Source: Candidatus Thermoflexus tengchongensis (GTDB lineage Bacteria > Chloroflexota > Anaerolineae > Thermoflexales > Thermoflexaceae). Taken from it: a stretch of DNA of 64,000 nt. Positions 62,640 through 64,000 of the stretch are shown piece by piece. The stretch lies in assembly GCA_016842085.1 (NCBI GenBank), contig JAEVEX010000034.1, positions 26,371 through 90,370 of the forward strand, read 5' to 3'. The notes under the pieces were generated by a model. That model made no database searches, was not told the origin of the DNA, and saw nothing but the letters and a program-made list of their open reading frames with translations. Position 1 is the stretch's first letter. Every line of letters begins with the position of its first letter. The position numbers were made by a program, and so were the translations under genes.

Positions 62640-64000
62640 TCAGATCTCCAGGCGCGCCAGCCGTCGGGCCGCCTCGACGATGTCTTCCACCTGGGGAACC
62701 GCCGCCCGCTCCAGGCGCGGATGATAGGGAATGGGGACATCCGCCCCGCCCAGCCGCACGATGGGCGCCTCCAGATACGCGAAGGCTTCACTCTGGGCAA
62801 TAGCGGCAGCCAGCTCCCCTCCAAAGCCGCCCAGAAGGGGCGCCTCGTGGACGATGAGCAGCTTGCCGGTCTTCTTCACCGACGCGATCACCGTCTCCGC
62901 ATCGTAAGGCTTCAGGGTGCGCAGATCGATCACCTCCGCCTCGATCCCTTCCGCCGCCAGCCGCTCCGCCGCCTCCAGGGCCCGCAGCACCATCAAGGAG
63001 TAAGCCACGATGGTCAGGTGCCGGCCGGCCCGCCGCACCGCCGCGCGCCCCAGGGGGACGACATACGGCTCCTCCGGAACGGGCCCCCGGGTTCGATAGA
63101 GCAGTTTGTGCTCCACAAAGATCACCGGGTTATCATCGGCCAGGGCGGCCAGCAGCAATCCCTTGGCATCGTAAGGTGTGGCGGGCGCCACCACTTTCAA
63201 TCCGGGCACGTGCACAAACCACGCCTCCAGGCTCTCGGAGTGCTGGGCCGCCGCCCCCGTGCCCGATCCTCCGGGAAGCCGCAGCACCAGGGGAACCCGG
63301 GCCTTTCCCCCGAACATGTAGCGGACCTTGGCGGCCTGGAGGACCGTCTGCTCCATCGCCAGGGTGACGAAGTCCATGAACTGCATCTCCACGATGGGCC
63401 GCATTCCGGTCAGCGCCGCGCCCACCCCTGCGCCCACAATGGTGTTCTCAGAGATCGGCGTATCCCGCACCCGATCCGGCCCGAACCGCTCGATCAACCC
63501 CTGAGTCACCCCGAAGGCACCGCCGTAGACCCCGATATCCTCTCCCATCAGGAAGACCCGCTCGTCGGCGGCCATCGCCTGAGCCATCGCCTCCCGCAGC
63601 GCCTCCGCGTAAGAGATCTCCCGCGCCCCGGGGGGTGGCTCCACCGCGATCCCCGGCCCGAACGTCTGGCGGATCCAGAGGGGCGGCATGTGGGGATCTT
63701 CCACATAGACCCCTTCGGTCAGCTGGTCCACCCGGGGCTCGGGATCTCCCTCCGCAGCCCGCAGCGCCTCTTCGATGGCCTGCCGGGCCCGCGCTTCGAT
63801 CTCCGCTGCCTCCGCCTCCGAGAGCCACCCCTGGGCGATCAGCCAGGCGCGGAAGCGGGCGATGGGGTCCCGGGCCATCCAGGCCTGCACCTCCTCTTTC
63901 GTGCGGTAGACCTGACGGTCGCTCTTCGAATGTCCTTTGTAGCGATAGGTGATCGCTTCGATGAGGGTGGGGCCTTCCCCGCGCCGGGCCCGCTCCACCG
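62640..64000 (-). CDS. Fused E1 alpha-beta ThDP-dependent dehydrogenase (acetoin/2-oxoacid type), begins beyond the right edge
   Basis: TYRYKGHS..D (alpha C-terminus) continuous with MGEDIG..GG, DTPISE, QFMDF, AAQHS, VIDLRTL (beta). Confidence 0.92.
   Translation of the reverse strand, partial: VERARRGEGPTLIEAITYRYKGHSKSDRQVYRTKEEVQAWMARDPIARFRAWLIAQGWLSEAEAAEIEARARQAIEEALRAAEGDPEPRVDQLTEGVYVEDPHMPPLWIRQTFGPGIAVEPPPGAREISYAEALREAMAQAMAADERVFLMGEDIGVYGGAFGVTQGLIERFGPDRVRDTPISENTIVGAGVGAALTGMRPIVEMQFMDFVTLAMEQTVLQAAKVRYMFGGKARVPLVLRLPGGSGTGAAAQHSESLEAWFVHVPGLKVVAPATPYDAKGLLLAALADDNPVIFVEHKLLYRTRGPVPEEPYVVPLGRAAVRRAGRHLTIVAYSLMVLRALEAAERLAAEGIEAEVIDLRTLKPYDAETVIASVKKTGKLLIVHEAPLLGGFGGELAAAIAQSEAFAYLEAPIVRLGGADVPIPYHPRLERAAVPQVEDIVEAARRLARLEI

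Overview
GC-rich bacterial chromosome segment. Gene content and motifs (YLPLV-type secreted protein, GT39/PMT membrane protein, heptad-repeat protein, DUF2089/DUF6062 genes) fit a thermophilic Chloroflexota, Thermoflexus-like; that placement is inference. Core genes are gyrB, pyrG, etfAB with an acyl-CoA dehydrogenase, a FadF/EtfD-like Fe-S oxidoreductase, PolX-PHP, two tRNA-Ser and an archaeal-type methionine adenosyltransferase behind a clear SAM-I riboswitch. The most interesting parts are: (1) a solo, archaeal-looking TnpB whose RuvC-III Asp is replaced by His, with an omega-RNA-like structure at its 3' end; (2) a coupled lipid kinase / bacterial-ceramide-synthase-like GNAT / MFS unit; (3) an operon joining a fused E1 alpha-beta and E2 to a galactitol-class PTS with two IIC genes, a methylsulfurylase-like cupin and a polyol dehydrogenase; (4) a duplicated promoter/operator bracketing an unexplained ~200 nt transcript before the SAM-I riboswitch; (5) a NACHT-HEAT protein with degenerate ATPase motifs; (6) a PCI-like winged-helix membrane protein; (7) several families of GTAG-type REP-like palindromes. 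No CRISPR array, rRNA, integrase or phage genes were seen. All family calls come from motif recognition by eye; no database search was run.
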